Shown here: positions 60,709-64,000 of the stretch, in pieces
Numbering within the stretch: the first letter of the stretch is position 1
How the letters are laid out: the number at the start of each line of letters is the position of its first letter
Assembly (NCBI GenBank): GCA_964035545.1
Contig: OZ037769.1
Location: 1,116,001-1,180,000, forward strand
Source of the DNA: Bugula neritina
Lineage: Eukaryota; Animalia; Bryozoa
DNA: 64,000 nt
Direction: 5' to 3'
Translations under genes and position numbers: made by a program
The notes under the pieces: model-generated
Told to the model about the DNA's origin: nothing
Databases searched by the model: none
What the model saw: the letters and a program-made list of their open reading frames with translations, nothing else

Positions 60709-63561
60709 ATGTTGAAGTGTTTATCAACTCTTCTACTGTTAGCTGCCATTGGTTGTGTTTATAGTACAGATTTTGCAGGTATTTATAACATTACCTGCCA
60801 TATAGAACACGGCAAACTATATACAATATAATGTTATGATAACATACTATATATACTATATAATACTATATATAATATAATATTATGATAACATACTATA
60901 TATAATATAATATATCATACTATACAGTATACATGATATAATATTATGATCACATTCTATATAAAATATAATATTATAACATACTATTCAGAATATACTA
61001 TTATAATGGCATTTTATATATAATATTACGATTGCATTCTACATATATATGTAATGTATGACTGTCATTATAATATAATTTGGAGTTTATATATAATAAA
61101 TATAATATAATTATATATATTATATAGAACATGATAGTACTACAGTTACATGCTATGTATTACATAATATCAGCTTGTGTATCTCTGAATTACATTCTCT
61201 TCTGATTTCCCAGCATCAATATGGGGGACCACAACAGCTGAGCTAACTGCAGTCAACAGTTCTTGTGTGCAGCTAGTCTGGAGTGAACCAGAGATTCCTA
61301 ATGGAGTTGTCAATGGCTACCAGGTAAGTGTCCATATACTTTCCTAACAAGGTCCAACTATAGCCTCAGTTTATTCAGTACAGTAACCTGACCCAGCTAG
61401 TTGCATGTCTAGGTTAAACTTCCAGGCTATTTTGAAGTCCCCAAGCTAACTAATATTCCCACAACTTGTTGAAATTAGTTTTCATCTTCTAAACCGTTCA
61501 ACTGTGTGAAATGTTGTGTTCCGAGCAATTACATGCCTCAATCCATGTCATTCTCTCAGCAACTTTATAGTATATGAGATGGTGATTTGTTCATTGCTCA
61601 TACTCAATACATTTATCAACGCCACTCTGCATAATAAATTCTATGAGTGTTTAGTATATATAATACCTGCTTAGAAACCTAGAAACCTGTTTAACTAAAC
61701 TCTAAAATGGTTTCCTCATATTCTACATCTGACAAGAAATTCTTCATCTATCATGATTGAGTAGAGTTTATAGTTTCTGCAACTTGAAGACTCCACTGAT
61801 TTTATTCTGTGTTTTTAAAATAACCTAAATTAGTGTTATGCTACCTGTTAATTTGATATATGTAATAACCGTAAGTGTATACATATATGTGTTTAAATTA
61901 AAATAAAATAACAGCAGTCAACTATAAAATAGCTGTTTCTTGTTGAGAACAGAATTTTAATGCAATTCCACGTCTGGCTATTGGATTATGATACATCATT
62001 TTTATTGTGAACAGAAAATGTTAGCTAGTTGTAATAGTACGTAGAGAGTAAATCAGAGTATACCAAAACATTAGCTATGTGGTAGAAAGCTTTTTGTAGC
62101 TTATTCTCTAAATGCTTGTGGTTTAAAGGCTATAATTGTAATATATTCTTATAATTTTTACTCAATATTAGCTTTAAATACCTTGCTTACGACTTTTCCT
62201 AGTTTCTCAGCAGTTCTGAAACAGTTCTCTGTTTATACTTCCTCTCTTACAAGTTCGAGTGCACCGATCAATCTATTGGTTCGCTCTCCGCTCTCCCAAC
62301 CGAGGAGATTCTCATCTGTGGATACTTCGCCTACACACGAGTATCCTGTGAAATTACAGCCTGGAACGATCATGATGCAAGTGATAAGTTGACGGCTGCC
62401 GTCTACACTTCCTGTGGAGGTAATCTACTCTGTCAAATATTCAATATCTGTTGACATTATGTCACGTCTGTTGATACCATGTGACTACTGTTGACAGCAT
62501 GTGACTTCTGTTGACATCATGTGACTACGTGTACTCTATAGTGTACTCTATAGTGTACTCTATAGTGTACTCTATAGTGTACTCTATAGTGTACTCTATA
62601 GTGTACTCTATAGTGTACTCTATAGTATGCTCTATATACAAATTATGTGCTCCATGTTCCATCTGATTTGTTACTCTCCGCATCATGTCTATTTATAGAA
62701 CCAACACTACCCAGATCTTTCAGATTTAGTTCTCCATCTAAAGTGACCTTTGATGGGCGAATTCGCTGGCGATTCTATTTATACTGGACGGTAAAAACAT
62801 CATTGACACAGAATTATTTTACCATAGCATCAATAATTGATCGGCTCATACTAGAATCGTTTATTATAACATGTAGACTACCCAGAATGTGCATTAATAG
62901 TTATCTGAGCTGACATTACAGTTCAGTTTACTTTCTTTCAAGTATAGTTTAGTCTATTATAGATCTGTTTTGAGTTTATTTCGTCTCAGTTTTAATTTAG
63001 TCAATTTTGTTTAATAGAAAAAAATAAAAAAATGTGATTTTACTTTTAATGTGATTTTACTTTTAAGTTCTGTTTAGTTTGAAGTGAGAAACCCTCTAGT
63101 TGGAGCTTTATATAAGGTAACCCTTGCCTGTTTTAGTATCCGGAGAAGTTGGGATGTGGAGGTATAACAAGTTATGAGTTGCGCTATCCTTCTGGCTCTA
63201 ACTCGTCAACCGTTGAGGACCTTGGCACGAGTCGTAATCGCTACCTGTATGTGGACAGTGGAGAGGAAGTAGTTGTGTCAGTCAGGGCGAGAAACAACGG
63301 GTGGTTTTACTCGGACTATGTTTCTTTGACTTTAACGTCTGCAAAACTGGGTGGGTGACTAATTCATATGTAGAAAAAGTTAGGCATTGGATATTGAATT
63401 ATGTAACACCCAATAGAATGAAACTCATTCTTTTTTATGGTTATGTAACAGAACCTGATTGGGGATCTACAGCAGCTGTTTCAGAAACTCTCAACTCATC
63501 TTGTGTCACCGTGTCTTGGAATGAACCAGAGTTCCCTAATGATGTCATCACAGGGTATCAG
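60709..63561 (+). CDS. Fibronectin type III repeat protein with signal peptide, 5' part (continues beyond window). Exons about 60709-60778, 61214-61323, 62203-62419, 62699-62790, 63137-63350, 63452-63561
   Basis: MLKCLSTLLLLAAIGCVYS signal; FN3 motifs VNSSCVQLVWSEPEIPNGVVNGYQ, CEITAWND, ITSYELRY...VSVRARNNG, LNSSCVTVSWNEPEFPNDVITGYQ; each domain on two exons with phase-1 boundaries. Confidence 0.85.
62530..62635. repeat. 12-bp minisatellite (gtgtactctata)n, about 8 copies, preceded by a degenerate ctgttgac..atgtgact repeat (62447-62528)
   Basis: Directly visible. Confidence 0.9.
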
Positions 63562-63789
63562 GTAAGTGAGAACTCCCTCATGATGTCATCACAGGGTATC
63601 AGGTGAGTAAGTAAGAGCTCCCTCATGATGTCATCACAGGGTATCAGGTGAGTAAGTAAGAGCTCCCTCATGATGTCATCACAGGGTATCAGGTGAGTAA
63701 GTAAGAGCTCCCTCATGATGTCATCACAGGGTATCAGGTGAGTGAGAACTCCCTCATGATGTCATCACAGGGTATCAGGTGAGTAAGAG
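63531..63789. repeat. 41/45-bp minisatellite, 6 copies; unit = last ~30 nt of FN3 exon + splice donor
   Basis: ctccctcatgatgtcatcacagggtatcag|gt(a/g)agt recurs with donors at 63562, 63603, 63648, 63693, 63738, 63779. Confidence 0.95.
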
Positions 63790-64000
63790 TTATGTTGTAA
63801 AGAAGCGATTTGGGTGCTACATTTGTTGTAAGTTTGAGTCCAATGCACCAAATAAACGAGTCAAACAATTACAATTGTGTAGAGCTAAAAGGACTGATAT
63901 TAGAAATGATTAGAGCATTGTTTAAGTGTTACTGTTCTAGTAATTATTAGTTTGGATATATAAGAGGTGTACATATGATAAAGCTGGTTATATATTATGT

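Overview
AT-rich, intron-rich eukaryotic DNA from an invertebrate animal (ELAV, C-type lectin, PAN, sushi and FN3 genes; possibly lophotrochozoan, which is inference only). I assembled gene models by eye from GT/GC-AG boundaries and reading-frame continuity. In order: (1) an intronless cytochrome-b5-fused desaturase (-) with an atypical third His box; (2) a type I membrane protein with CUB-like and sushi-like domains (+); (3,4) two tandem paralogous secreted PAN-EGF-3xC-type-lectin genes (+) in which two CTL domains carry a whole domain inserted in the long loop; (5) an ELAV/Hu gene (-) that stops where RRM3 should begin; (6,7) two divergent tandem PTCD2-like mitochondrial PPR genes (+); (8) the 5' part of an FN3-repeat gene (+). 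There is also a hAT-type non-autonomous element with a nested TA-flanked foldback MITE, two tRNA-derived fragments and many mini- and microsatellites. The most striking pattern is that, in five genes, intronic minisatellites are amplified copies of the exon/intron junction itself. This creates arrays of up to 20 donor or 25 acceptor sites, and in most arrays only the exon-proximal site keeps the reading frame. No database searches were run, so family calls rest on motif recognition.
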